DNA of 64,000 nucleotides from Gemmatales bacterium. Lineage in GTDB: Bacteria > Planctomycetota > Planctomycetia > Gemmatales > HRBIN36. A model generated the notes under the pieces. The model saw nothing but the letters and a program-made list of their open reading frames with translations, did not search any database and was not told the DNA's origin. How positions within the stretch are numbered: the first letter of the stretch is position 1; each line of letters starts with the position of its first letter. Both the position numbers and the translations under genes were made by a program. Below are positions 49,511 to 59,153 of this stretch, piece by piece. Where the stretch lies: the NCBI GenBank assembly GCA_041640595.1, contig JBEPZY010000001.1:480001-544000 (forward strand), in the 5' to 3' direction.

Positions 49511-49625
49511 CCTAACGGATGTTATTTTCGGAAAATTCCGAAGTACCGCTACCGCTATGCTCGCATCACTGGAATTGTAATGACCTAGCCAGCAGTAAAA
49601 CTCTATACACAGGGAGGCACACAAG

Positions 49626-50519
49626 ATGTCTCGCAATCCGCTCTTAGCAACTGAAATTCCAGGCATACCCTGTCGCCGGGGGAAAGTGCGTGATATTTAC
49701 GACCTGGGCGATCGCTTAGTCATTGTTGCCAGCGATCGTATTAGTGCTTTCGATTGGGTATTGCCGACGCCTATTCCGGATAAGGGCCGTATTCTTACTG
49801 GACTAACTGTTTTCTGGCTCAATCTTCTGAAAGTGCCAAACCATCTTATTAGCACGCGCCTGGAAGACATGGGTCCCGAGTTTGTTGCTCGCCGGGAGTT
49901 GTTAGAAGGTCGGGCTATGTTAGTCCGCAAGGCTCAAGTGATCCCGATCGAGTGCGTAGCCCGGGGATATTTAGCAGGCTCAGGATGGAAAGAGTATAAG
50001 CAGCAGGGCACGGTGTGCGGTATTGCTCTGCCGCCTGGTTTAGTCGAAAGCCAGCAGTTGCCCGAGCCGATTTTTACGCCAGCGACCAAGGAAGAGAGTG
50101 GGCACGATATTAACATCAGTTTCGAGGAAATGGCAAGGCGAATCGGGAAGGAAACCGCGGAATTTTTGCGGGAGAAAACGCTGGCTCTGTATCGCCAAGC
50201 AGCGGAACATGCTCGCAAGTGTGGCATTATCATCGCCGACACCAAACTGGAATGGGGACGTCTGCCGGATGGGCAGATCATTCTCATTGATGAAGTTTTC
50301 ACGCCTGATAGCTCGCGTTTTTGGCCGGCTGATCAGTATCGTCCTGGTACCAGTCCGCCTTCATTCGACAAGCAATTCGTCCGTGATTGGTTAGAGACTA
50401 CAGGCTGGGACAAAAATAGTCCACCACCTCCCTTGCCAGCGGAAATCGTGGAAAAAACTCGCGCGAAATACATCGAAGCTTACGAACGACTCACCGGGGA
50501 ACGCTTTGCCTATGCTTAG
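49626..50519 (+). CDS. purC: SAICAR synthetase
   Basis: GKVRDIY, SDRISAFD, ECVARGYLAGSG, ADTKLE, DEVFTPDSSRFW and DKQFVRDW. Confidence 0.97.
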   Translation: MSRNPLLATEIPGIPCRRGKVRDIYDLGDRLVIVASDRISAFDWVLPTPIPDKGRILTGLTVFWLNLLKVPNHLISTRLEDMGPEFVARRELLEGRAMLVRKAQVIPIECVARGYLAGSGWKEYKQQGTVCGIALPPGLVESQQLPEPIFTPATKEESGHDINISFEEMARRIGKETAEFLREKTLALYRQAAEHARKCGIIIADTKLEWGRLPDGQIILIDEVFTPDSSRFWPADQYRPGTSPPSFDKQFVRDWLETTGWDKNSPPPPLPAEIVEKTRAKYIEAYERLTGERFAYA

Positions 50520-50594
50520 AGCTTGATCAAATTCGTGGCTGTTTAGTTTATGGGAGCCGACAACTGGGAATCATAGACACACTTACTCGCTCTG

Positions 50595-52334
50595 CTAGGC
50601 TCGGAATACTTCGGCAAAAGACCTGCCCAGGGTACGACTGGCTACTAATAGTGCCAGGAAAAGCAGCACCATGCCGATTACTCCGAGCGCGCTGGCTACC
50701 ATCGGGCCATCGTCCGGTCTGAGCGACAAACCATAAATTGCACGGGTGATAGGATAGTATCGTTCTTGTTGTGCGAGCATGAGACTGTCACTTACTTCGA
50801 GCATCGCAAACGCAAAGGCGAGTGTGCCTCCCGCCAGTAAATGCGGGCGGATCAGGGGCAGGGTAACAGTTGTCCAGACGCGCCAGCGACTAGCTCCCAG
50901 ACTCGCCGCTGCTTCCTCGAGCAAGGGTGGTACCTGCTGGAGACCTGCCAGAGCGGAGCGTAGTACGTAGGGTAAGCGGCGTACCGTATAGGCTAGAATC
51001 AGTAGAAGCGTTGGATTCGCTCCTGGATCGAACCAGCTGCCTAATGGCCCCAGAGGCAAGCGTCGGTAGGCGGTTAGATAACCGAATGCCAGTACCAGTC
51101 CAGGCAGGGCTAAGGGCAACATCGCTAAGTGGTCCAGCAGGGAACTAAGCCGGGTTGGTCGCCTTAGTACCAGCCAGGCAATACTGAAACCAACCAATAG
51201 GTCCAGAAACGTGCTCCACAAACTGTACACGAGGCTGTTTCGCACCGCGATGCCAACAATGTCTTCCTGGCGCAGGGTGCGAAAATGATCCAGGCTATAA
51301 ACCTCTGGAAGAACCGTGAATTGCCAACGGCCTTCCAGAGCAAGCAAGACCACCATGAAATGCGGCAAAAGAGATAGGATGAGTAGGATTATCACATATG
51401 TCCAAACCGATAAGGATAACCAGACGCTTAGCGGTTGGCTGACGATGGCCTGAGTGCCTCGCGGCGAGAATGCGTAAGATCGGCGTAAGATATAGCGTCG
51501 GCCTGTGTAAAACACGCCACTGGAAACCAGAAGTACCACTAAAACTAAGGCATAACCCAGCGGATTTACCTCTCGTTCAGAAACCAGGTTGAAAATTTGC
51601 ACCGCTATTAGATAAGGATAATTGAACATAAGTGGCGTGCCCAGGTCAGTAAATGCGGCTAGAAAAACCAGAATGGCACCGGCGAAATATCCCGGCAAAG
51701 CTAACGGTAACGTAATGGTCTTCCAAACATGCCAGCGACTTGCGCCTAGACTGAGTGCTGCCTCTTCTAGAGTTCTGTCTATGTTCGCAAATGCGGTAAC
51801 GAGGTTAAGAAATAAAATTGGATATAAGTGCAGAATCTGCATAACTGCGACTCCCCAAAAACCGCTGCCAGCCAACCAATCTACTGGCTGATCCGGTCGA
51901 AGAAGATGGCAACGCATAAGCAGCGTATTCAGCGCACCAAACGGATGGAGGAATTGTTCTAATCCTAAAGCTCCCACAAATGGGGGAAGAATTAGAGGTA
52001 ATAAAAGCACACCGATTAGCAGGTTCGTTGCTGGCAAACGATAGCGGGCAACCGTCCACGCCAAAGGCAGTGTCACGCAGGTTGTACCGAGTACAGTTAC
52101 CAGACCCAAAAGCAAACTATTCAGCGTAGCCCGCCATAAAACCGGATGGTACCAGACGGCAATCAGATAACTAACTGTCCAGCCATGCCTATCTCGCAAA
52201 GCTGCCGGTAGTAAGTAGGCAACTGGGTACAGCAAGAAGGCCACGAAGAAAAATAGCAACAGCCACGCTGACCAATTCGCCCGCAGGGTATGCCAGCCCC
52301 TGACTGCTAACAGCGAAGGTGAAATTGCGAGCAT
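50595..52334 (-). CDS. Fe3+/thiamine-type ABC transporter permease (duplicated)
   Basis: Two EAA loops (LEEAALSLGAS; LEEAAASLGAS), PPFVGA, about 12 TM. Confidence 0.9.
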   Translation of the reverse strand: MLAISPSLLAVRGWHTLRANWSAWLLLFFFVAFLLYPVAYLLPAALRDRHGWTVSYLIAVWYHPVLWRATLNSLLLGLVTVLGTTCVTLPLAWTVARYRLPATNLLIGVLLLPLILPPFVGALGLEQFLHPFGALNTLLMRCHLLRPDQPVDWLAGSGFWGVAVMQILHLYPILFLNLVTAFANIDRTLEEAALSLGASRWHVWKTITLPLALPGYFAGAILVFLAAFTDLGTPLMFNYPYLIAVQIFNLVSEREVNPLGYALVLVVLLVSSGVFYTGRRYILRRSYAFSPRGTQAIVSQPLSVWLSLSVWTYVIILLILSLLPHFMVVLLALEGRWQFTVLPEVYSLDHFRTLRQEDIVGIAVRNSLVYSLWSTFLDLLVGFSIAWLVLRRPTRLSSLLDHLAMLPLALPGLVLAFGYLTAYRRLPLGPLGSWFDPGANPTLLLILAYTVRRLPYVLRSALAGLQQVPPLLEEAAASLGASRWRVWTTVTLPLIRPHLLAGGTLAFAFAMLEVSDSLMLAQQERYYPITRAIYGLSLRPDDGPMVASALGVIGMVLLFLALLVASRTLGRSFAEVFRA

Positions 52335-52733
52335 GGGACGCGCTCAAGCCTTAGGACTATAGCGTGATTCAAAATTCGGCCTAGCCATGAATTTCCGTAA
52401 TGCTATGACAGTGGCCAGCTTACGGCAAACCTTGCCTGGTGTGACGACGTAAGTGTTGCTATGTTCAACACTTGTGCCCGGATATGGAGTCGAAAACTCG
52501 GTGCCGTGTCGGAAAATCGCTCGCTGCCAAATTTTGCAACTGATTGCCGCTGTGGAAGATATGGCAAACTTCCAAAAGTGATGCACACAAAAATGATTGA
52601 CTGGCGTACAATTGGTGTGCTGGCTCAGGGCTCTTGCTCTTCGATGGTCTTGTCCCCCATCGGCCAGCGGTAAGGGTCACCGCCTCTGAGCTGGGCATCA
52701 CGCCGCTACGTAGTTGCGAAGATAGGGCCAATT

Positions 52734-53771
52734 ATGTCGGCAACTCGCGCACTTTCCCTTTTGAACGGCTGGGAAACTATTCGCTACGAACTGCTCAATA
52801 CGCGCATTTGCGACCTTAATTTACGCCTCGAGGGCTCGCCGCTGGAACCGTTAGTACAGAGGCTGTACCGGGAGTTAGAGCGGCGGGGATTACGATTCCG
52901 ACCGCCAATTTACCTCACTGACGGCTGGGGTTGTCCAGACCGGGTGCCTGTAATCGGTGTGCCTTTTTATTTAGCGGATAAACGTTTAGCACGTATAGAA
53001 GAAGAACAAACGGGCGAAATCGAAGACGAACACTATACCTTGATGCTGTTGCGACACGAAGCTGGTCATGCTTATAACTATGCTTATCGCCTTTATGAGC
53101 GGCAGGACTGGCAGGAGATATTCGGCCCGTTTGATAAGCCCTATAAAGATAACTTCAAACCCAATCCTTTTAGCAGGCAGTTTGTGCGGCACATTGTGCA
53201 TCACCGCTACGGCCGCACTTATGCGCAGAAGCACCCAGACGAGGATTTTGCGGAAACGTTTGCCGTCTGGTTGACCCCGCGATCGGGTTGGCGCACTCGT
53301 TACCGATATTGGCCGGCGATCAAGAAGCTATATTACGTCGAACGGGTTATGCGCGAAATTCGCAATTTGCCGCCCCTTGTCGAGGATGGTGAGCGCATCG
53401 CCCCGGTAGAAGAACTCACCTTGCTTTTAGCCGAACATTATGGCCAGCGAGCGGAACGCTATCGAGCCGCAGCACAAGGATATGTGGATGATAAATTGCG
53501 AGAGGTGTTCCCTCCGGTCAAAAGTCGGGAGGTCGTCTCTGCTGCTCAGTTTCTGCGCAAGTATAGTTCCAGGCTTGTGCGTCAAATCCATCGCTGGTCG
53601 GATTTAGATGAAGACGAAGTGGAAGCCCTGTTGCTCAAGCTTACGGATCGTGCTGAAGCTCTAGGGTTAACAGTAGCCCGACGGCAAATGCACGATAAGT
53701 TAGTTGACGTAGCCGCATTGGCGATGGCTCTGGCAATGAATTTCAGCTACACTGGCCGTGTTACGGGGTAA
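52734..53771 (+). CDS. Putative zinc-binding metallopeptidase
   Basis: LRHEAGHA (HExxH) and YAQKHPDEDFAETFAVWL. Confidence 0.8.
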   Translation: MSATRALSLLNGWETIRYELLNTRICDLNLRLEGSPLEPLVQRLYRELERRGLRFRPPIYLTDGWGCPDRVPVIGVPFYLADKRLARIEEEQTGEIEDEHYTLMLLRHEAGHAYNYAYRLYERQDWQEIFGPFDKPYKDNFKPNPFSRQFVRHIVHHRYGRTYAQKHPDEDFAETFAVWLTPRSGWRTRYRYWPAIKKLYYVERVMREIRNLPPLVEDGERIAPVEELTLLLAEHYGQRAERYRAAAQGYVDDKLREVFPPVKSREVVSAAQFLRKYSSRLVRQIHRWSDLDEDEVEALLLKLTDRAEALGLTVARRQMHDKLVDVAALAMALAMNFSYTGRVTG

Positions 53772-53843
53772 CACAAGAAGACTTATTTTGTGGCTGATCA
53801 CTCTGTTCAGTTTTAATGGTGTCGCCGGGAGTAATGCTGCGAT

Positions 53844-55148
53844 ATGACGCGAATTCAAGAAGTACGGGCACGAGAAGTATTCGACAGCCGCGGACAGCCA
53901 ACTATAGAAGTAGAAATCGTCTGTGAGGACTGCGTTTATGGACGTGCTATTGCTCCGGCGGGCGCAAGTCGTGGCGGTTGCGAGGCGGCGGAGCTTCGCG
54001 ACTATCAGAGCGAACGCTTCTCAGGTAAGGGCGTCTTGAGTGCGGTTCACATTGTGCATGACATAATAGCGCCAGCTTTGCGAGGACTGAGTATAGAAAC
54101 ACCTGCTTACATAGACCAACGGCTCGTTGAACTCGACGGAACACCGGATCGTTCGCGCTTAGGAGGGAATGTACTGGTAGCCACCTCTGTAGCCGTGGCG
54201 CAAGCGGCAGCACAAGCCCGTGGTTTGCCCCTTTACGAGTCACTTGCTCGGGACGCTACAAAATGCGGCTTACGCTGCCACGGCAATGCGGATGATAGTT
54301 ATCGCTTGCCTGTGCCTATGGTCAACATGATAAGCGGTGGCTTGCATGCAGGGCAGCGCATTGAAGTGCAGGACTTCCTAATCATTCCCCGGTCAGCGCA
54401 GAGTTTCCGGCAGGCTATGGAGTTGATTTTCAGAGTACATCGCCAACTTGGAACGTTACTGCGCAAATATGGATACGAAGCTGATCTGGTAGCCGACGAG
54501 GGCGGTTACGGGCCGCGTTTGCATAAGAGCGAACAGGCCCTGGAATTTCTGGTGCAGGCGATTCGTGAAAGTGGTCTGCAGGAAGGCAAGGATATAGTGA
54601 TTGCCATTGATCTCGCTGCCACTCATTTTTACCGCGACGGGCGTTATGACTTAGCTACAGTGAACAAAAAGCTAAGCAGCTCGGAAATGCTTGACTATCT
54701 CGCAGGTTGGCTTAGGAGCTACCCGATTATTAGTTTGGAAGATCCCCTGGCAGAAAACGATTGGGAAGGTTGGGCTGCGATTACCCGTCGGTGGGGCCAC
54801 CTTGTTCAATTGGTGGGCGATGATTTATTTGCGACGAATCCCATGCGTTTACGCGACGGCATTAGTCAGGGAATCGCTAATGCGATACTGATTAAGCCAA
54901 ATCAGGTGGGTACGCTTTCGGAAACGTTCGAGGTCATGCGAATTGCTCAGCAGGCCGGATACCGCATGGTGCTTTCGGCTCGGAGCGGTGAAACCGAAGA
55001 AAACTGGTTGGCCGATTTAGCCGTGGCGACGGGCGTGGGACAAATCAAGATCGGATGTATCACGCGAGGCGAGCGCCTGGCGAAGTATAACCAGTTGTTG
55101 CGCATTGAAGATTGGCTGGGGAATAAGGCACAGCTGGCCAGGATATAG
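53844..55148 (+). CDS. eno: Enolase-like protein (divergent)
   Basis: AREVFDSRGQPTIEVE, ELRD, DEGG, EDP, VGDDL, LIKPNQ, RSGETE and ERLAKYNQLLRIE; several motifs deviate from consensus. Confidence 0.85.
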   Translation: MTRIQEVRAREVFDSRGQPTIEVEIVCEDCVYGRAIAPAGASRGGCEAAELRDYQSERFSGKGVLSAVHIVHDIIAPALRGLSIETPAYIDQRLVELDGTPDRSRLGGNVLVATSVAVAQAAAQARGLPLYESLARDATKCGLRCHGNADDSYRLPVPMVNMISGGLHAGQRIEVQDFLIIPRSAQSFRQAMELIFRVHRQLGTLLRKYGYEADLVADEGGYGPRLHKSEQALEFLVQAIRESGLQEGKDIVIAIDLAATHFYRDGRYDLATVNKKLSSSEMLDYLAGWLRSYPIISLEDPLAENDWEGWAAITRRWGHLVQLVGDDLFATNPMRLRDGISQGIANAILIKPNQVGTLSETFEVMRIAQQAGYRMVLSARSGETEENWLADLAVATGVGQIKIGCITRGERLAKYNQLLRIEDWLGNKAQLARI

Positions 55149-55361
55149 AGCTAATCAGGCTCAGTATCAGCGTGTTTGTGATTATGCATTTAGTTAGCCG
55201 ACTTTGTAGTAAGCACCTGGCGGATTGTGTTGCTTAGCAGACACTAAATATGTGGCCCGACTTTCGGCGTGAATTTTAGATGTTGAAACGGGGCCCCGCA
55301 GTTATAGTAATAGCCTGTTTTACAGCTATGCCCGGGAGCACCTGCATGGTGCATTACTGGT

Positions 55362-56792
55362 TTACCACAGGAGGAAGGCACGTATAAAGGGGCCGTCGAA
55401 ACTTAGGTCTTGATGTTGGACATTACCGCTGACTGCAGCAGATACATTACTGGATGCGGCGTCGAACCAGTAAACCCATTCGTAGCCGCCAGCAATAATA
55501 AGCCGGCCACCGAAGAGGCTCCATTCCCCGCCTACAGCGAGTTCTACCTGCGGGAGTATCTGCCTGCGGGAGTAGTGGCTTTGCAAATCGCGGGTGAGAA
55601 CCGCTCCTGTAAAACTCTGGCTAATCTCGGTCTCGTCAATATCAGCGAAGAGCAAGGACGTGTAGGCTCGGCTGTAAAAAGCGAGTGACCAGCCTGCGTG
55701 ACCACGCCAGAGATAAAGCCGGCCCTCTCCGCCGAAACGGGGACCAGCACCTTCGGTGTCCACCTGAAAGTGGTCGCGATCGAGGTTAGCACCACCGCCG
55801 CTGTTGCGGGTGAAATCGAAGCGATGTGTTATGCTGGCAAGACGGGCCCCGGCGGCAATGAGCAGGTCGAAGAACTCGGTCGGGCTAAGCACCGAGCCGG
55901 CCATGATGTCCACAGTGTGATAGCGCAGATCCCAGCTGCTGGTGGCGGACTCACCCGAATTGACAGGTTGACCGTGTAGAACGCCGGGGCCGTTGTAAAG
56001 CACAAAGGTGGAAGGAACTGCGGGCACACTAAGGTTGGATTGCATGACGAGGTTGTCGTAGTGAGTGTACTCGCCCCAGACATACACGCCGCCACTGAAC
56101 AAGTAACCGACACCTGCACGGAAGGCTACTTCGTAGTCGCCGTCCCAGGGAGTCAGTCGAACTTGGAAAGTTACTGGGTTGGGGTTTTGCACGGCCAGGA
56201 ATTGTGGTTCATTGAGGCGGGGCCGCCAAAAGAGAACGTCACCGAAAAAGACCCACCCGCTCGGTCCGCCCACGTGTTCAGGCGGCGGAGGAGTAGGCAC
56301 AGGCATGGGAGCTACCGGCGCGGGAACCGATGGCGGCCAGCTGGCCGGCTGGAATGCATCGTGACCGCCAGGCATACCGCTGATGTCCGGAACCACGGGC
56401 CCTGTGGCGGATGGCGTCGAGGGAGCGGGGACAGGTTTTTCAGGGGTTGGTGGGGGCAAGACGTGGTTGTTATTAGGAACGCTACTGCTGCCTGGTTTTT
56501 GTGCATCCACTTTGTCGCCAATAGAAACCGGTTTGGGCGGACTGGGAGGATGGACGTTCGGTTTGTCGCTCCCAGTCGTAGTCGTTGGACTTTCGAAGCC
56601 GGGAGGTAATGGTGGCAATGTGGATGGACTGTCGGGTAGATCCGGGAGTTGAGTTTTTGCTGGCGGAGAAACGGGAGTCGGTTTGCCAGGCGGGCTAGCC
56701 AGGGAAGGTGGTTCCGGCGGCAGTTGAGCCCAGAGGGTTGCCGGTACGCACATAAGACCCGAAATCACGCACATTTTCCAGCTTCGAGCCAT
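55362..56792 (-). CDS. Pro-rich outer-membrane beta-barrel protein (Lpg1974/BBP7-like)
   Basis: Signal peptide, ~150-aa Pro-rich region, alternating beta strands, GAGPRFG, GYEW and terminal aromatic Trp. Confidence 0.7.
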   Translation of the reverse strand: MARSWKMCVISGLMCVPATLWAQLPPEPPSLASPPGKPTPVSPPAKTQLPDLPDSPSTLPPLPPGFESPTTTTGSDKPNVHPPSPPKPVSIGDKVDAQKPGSSSVPNNNHVLPPPTPEKPVPAPSTPSATGPVVPDISGMPGGHDAFQPASWPPSVPAPVAPMPVPTPPPPEHVGGPSGWVFFGDVLFWRPRLNEPQFLAVQNPNPVTFQVRLTPWDGDYEVAFRAGVGYLFSGGVYVWGEYTHYDNLVMQSNLSVPAVPSTFVLYNGPGVLHGQPVNSGESATSSWDLRYHTVDIMAGSVLSPTEFFDLLIAAGARLASITHRFDFTRNSGGGANLDRDHFQVDTEGAGPRFGGEGRLYLWRGHAGWSLAFYSRAYTSLLFADIDETEISQSFTGAVLTRDLQSHYSRRQILPQVELAVGGEWSLFGGRLIIAGGYEWVYWFDAASSNVSAAVSGNVQHQDLSFDGPFIRAFLLW

Positions 56793-56984
56793 TGGCCGCT
56801 TCTCCTTCGCCCTTCTCCAGGGAAGACACCTTCACCGATAATATCGGCAAAATCGGCACGTTCCTTGAATTCATTGCAAACGATTTTTCCGGCAAACTTT
56901 GTCCCGTTTGTCAGCCGCAGCCGTAACCTAAAATAAGCAAGCGTGAGCCTGGTATGCTCTGAAACAACGATATAGGCCGAGCCG

Positions 56985-58193
56985 ATGGACATTTACCACG
57001 TCAGCGTACATCTGGTGCGATTGCCATTGAAGCGTGCCGTACGGCATGCGTCTTATGTCCGCAAGGAAGTGGAACACGTGGTGGTACGCGTGGAACTGGA
57101 TGACGGCACTGTTGGTTATGGAGAAGGTGCCCCGCGAGAATACGTTACGGGAGAAAGCGTGGAAGACTCTTTCCGTTTGCTGCGCAGCACCAGTGTGCAC
57201 CGGTTTCTTTCGTTTTTGCGTCCCCAGAGCTTCGAACAGGCGGTGGAGGCTATTGCGGAAATGCCTTGGGAATATCCACCCGACGACAAGCGTCGCCGCG
57301 TAGGGAACGCAGCCCGATGTGCCCTGGAGCTGGCGCTACTCGATGCCTACGGCCGCTACTTTGGCAAGCCTTTATCTCTTGTAACCGCTATTGTCGCACC
57401 CAAGCTGTATGCTCCACGTTCCGAGGTTCGCTACAGCGCTGCTATTACCGGTCTTGTTGGTTGGAAATTGCGAGCGAGTGCCCTGGCAGTGCGGAGTTAC
57501 GGTTTTCGGGATGTGAAAGTTAAAGTAGCCGTAGCTGGACACGATGATGTCCGTCGGTTGGCTATCGTCCGCCGCTGGTGCGGGGCGAACATGGAAATCC
57601 GCGTGGATGCCAACGAAGGTTGGAGCGCGGAGGAAGTGCTTGTGCGTCTGCAGGAATTGCAGCCATTCCGAGTGGCGGCGGCGGAACAACCTGTACCGCA
57701 TGAGTCGCGGCAGATTCTTGCCGAGGTGCGACGGCAACTAAACATTCCGATTATGCTCGACGAGTCGCTGTGCAGCATGGTGGATGCGCAGACCGCTCTC
57801 ACCGAGCAGACGTGCGATTTGTTCAACCTGCGGTTATCCAAGTGCGGGGGGTATATTCCCACGCTGCGGCTGGCTCAGTGGGCGAGCGAGCACGGCATCG
57901 GTTACCAGCTTGGCTGCCAGGTCGGGGAAAGCGGCATACTTTCCGCAGCAGGACGACACTTTGCCTGCTCAGTGGCTGGTTTACGCTGGGTGGAAGGTTC
58001 CTACGACCGTTACCTGCTCAGCAACCCGTTGACCCGGCATAACCTGACATTTGGCTGGGGAGGATGGGCTCCTGCGCTGACACGACCCGGTCTGGGAATT
58101 GCTGTGGATGTCGAATCTGTCCATCGCTTCACAGTACGTCGGGAGGAAATCTTTGACATCACCAACACCGCAGCTCTTGATGTGGAGCGCTGA
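56985..58193 (+). CDS. Mandelate racemase/muconate lactonizing enzyme (dipeptide-epimerase-like) family protein
   Basis: GYGE, KVKV, RVDANEGW, EQP, LDES and KCGG. Confidence 0.88.
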   Translation: MDIYHVSVHLVRLPLKRAVRHASYVRKEVEHVVVRVELDDGTVGYGEGAPREYVTGESVEDSFRLLRSTSVHRFLSFLRPQSFEQAVEAIAEMPWEYPPDDKRRRVGNAARCALELALLDAYGRYFGKPLSLVTAIVAPKLYAPRSEVRYSAAITGLVGWKLRASALAVRSYGFRDVKVKVAVAGHDDVRRLAIVRRWCGANMEIRVDANEGWSAEEVLVRLQELQPFRVAAAEQPVPHESRQILAEVRRQLNIPIMLDESLCSMVDAQTALTEQTCDLFNLRLSKCGGYIPTLRLAQWASEHGIGYQLGCQVGESGILSAAGRHFACSVAGLRWVEGSYDRYLLSNPLTRHNLTFGWGGWAPALTRPGLGIAVDVESVHRFTVRREEIFDITNTAALDVER

Positions 58194-59082
58194 GGACGGA
58201 TATAAGGGCTACTACCGAGTGTGGCGCCCGACAGGCACCCCGCGAGCCAACATTGTCTGCCTGCATGGCATTCAGAGTCATGGCGGGTGGTACGAGTATT
58301 CGAGCGGGCAGCTATGCCAGGCAGGCTACGTGGTTTGGTTTCCCGACCGGCGTGGTTCAGGGCTGAATGCTCGACATCGCGGCGACTGTGCCAGTTATCG
58401 GCAACTGCTGGCCGATGTGGCGGAGTTTTTGCTGGCGGTTCGTGAAGGCCGTCTTGCAACTACCCTGCCGGGCCGGGGTCCGGGAGCAGATTTGCCGATC
58501 GTGCTGATGGCTGGCTCCTGGGGAGCTAAACTGGCCGTCGGCTCTCTTCGCGCTTATCCCGGTTGTGCCGACGCGCTCATTCTCTGGTCGCCGGGATTTT
58601 TCCCGCAGGTCCGCATGACCCTGCGCCAGAAGTGCAAGGTTGTTTTCTGGCGACTGATACAACCGGATTATCGACTTCCCATTCCGCTCAATGATCCGGA
58701 GCTTTTCACGGCCAACCCGGAGCGTCAGCGATTCATTGCCCAGGATGAATTAGCCCTGCGGCAAGCGACAGCACGGTTTCTTCTGGAAAGCGCCCGCCTG
58801 GACTGGTATCTGCGACATGCGCCTCGGTATGTTACCTGTCCGGTTTTACTGTTGCTGGCCGGGCAAGATCGCATTGTGGATAACGCCAAAACGAAGCGAT
58901 ATTTTGAGCAGTTCGCATCCGCGGATAAAACGCTGATCGAGTATCCGCAAGCACATCACACGCTGGAATTCGAGCCACAACCCGATTTCTTTATCCGCGA
59001 TATTCTTTCATGGTTGGAGCGAGTCGAGCCGCAATTGAAAGGGTCCCAGCCATCTTTCCCTGCGCCGGTACCACTTCTATAA
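58153..59082 (+). CDS. Alpha/beta hydrolase (lysophospholipase-like)
   Basis: HGIQSHGGWY, DRRGSG, GSWG nucleophile elbow, GQDRIVD and HHTLEFE; TTG start after GGGAGG inferred. Confidence 0.85.
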   Translation: MTSPTPQLLMWSAEDGYKGYYRVWRPTGTPRANIVCLHGIQSHGGWYEYSSGQLCQAGYVVWFPDRRGSGLNARHRGDCASYRQLLADVAEFLLAVREGRLATTLPGRGPGADLPIVLMAGSWGAKLAVGSLRAYPGCADALILWSPGFFPQVRMTLRQKCKVVFWRLIQPDYRLPIPLNDPELFTANPERQRFIAQDELALRQATARFLLESARLDWYLRHAPRYVTCPVLLLLAGQDRIVDNAKTKRYFEQFASADKTLIEYPQAHHTLEFEPQPDFFIRDILSWLERVEPQLKGSQPSFPAPVPLL

Positions 59083-59153
59083 TTCGGTGAAAATTGTGGC
59101 AGATACCAGTGGCACAAGAGGCCATAACTGCGTGTGTAGTTTGGAGGGAAAGC

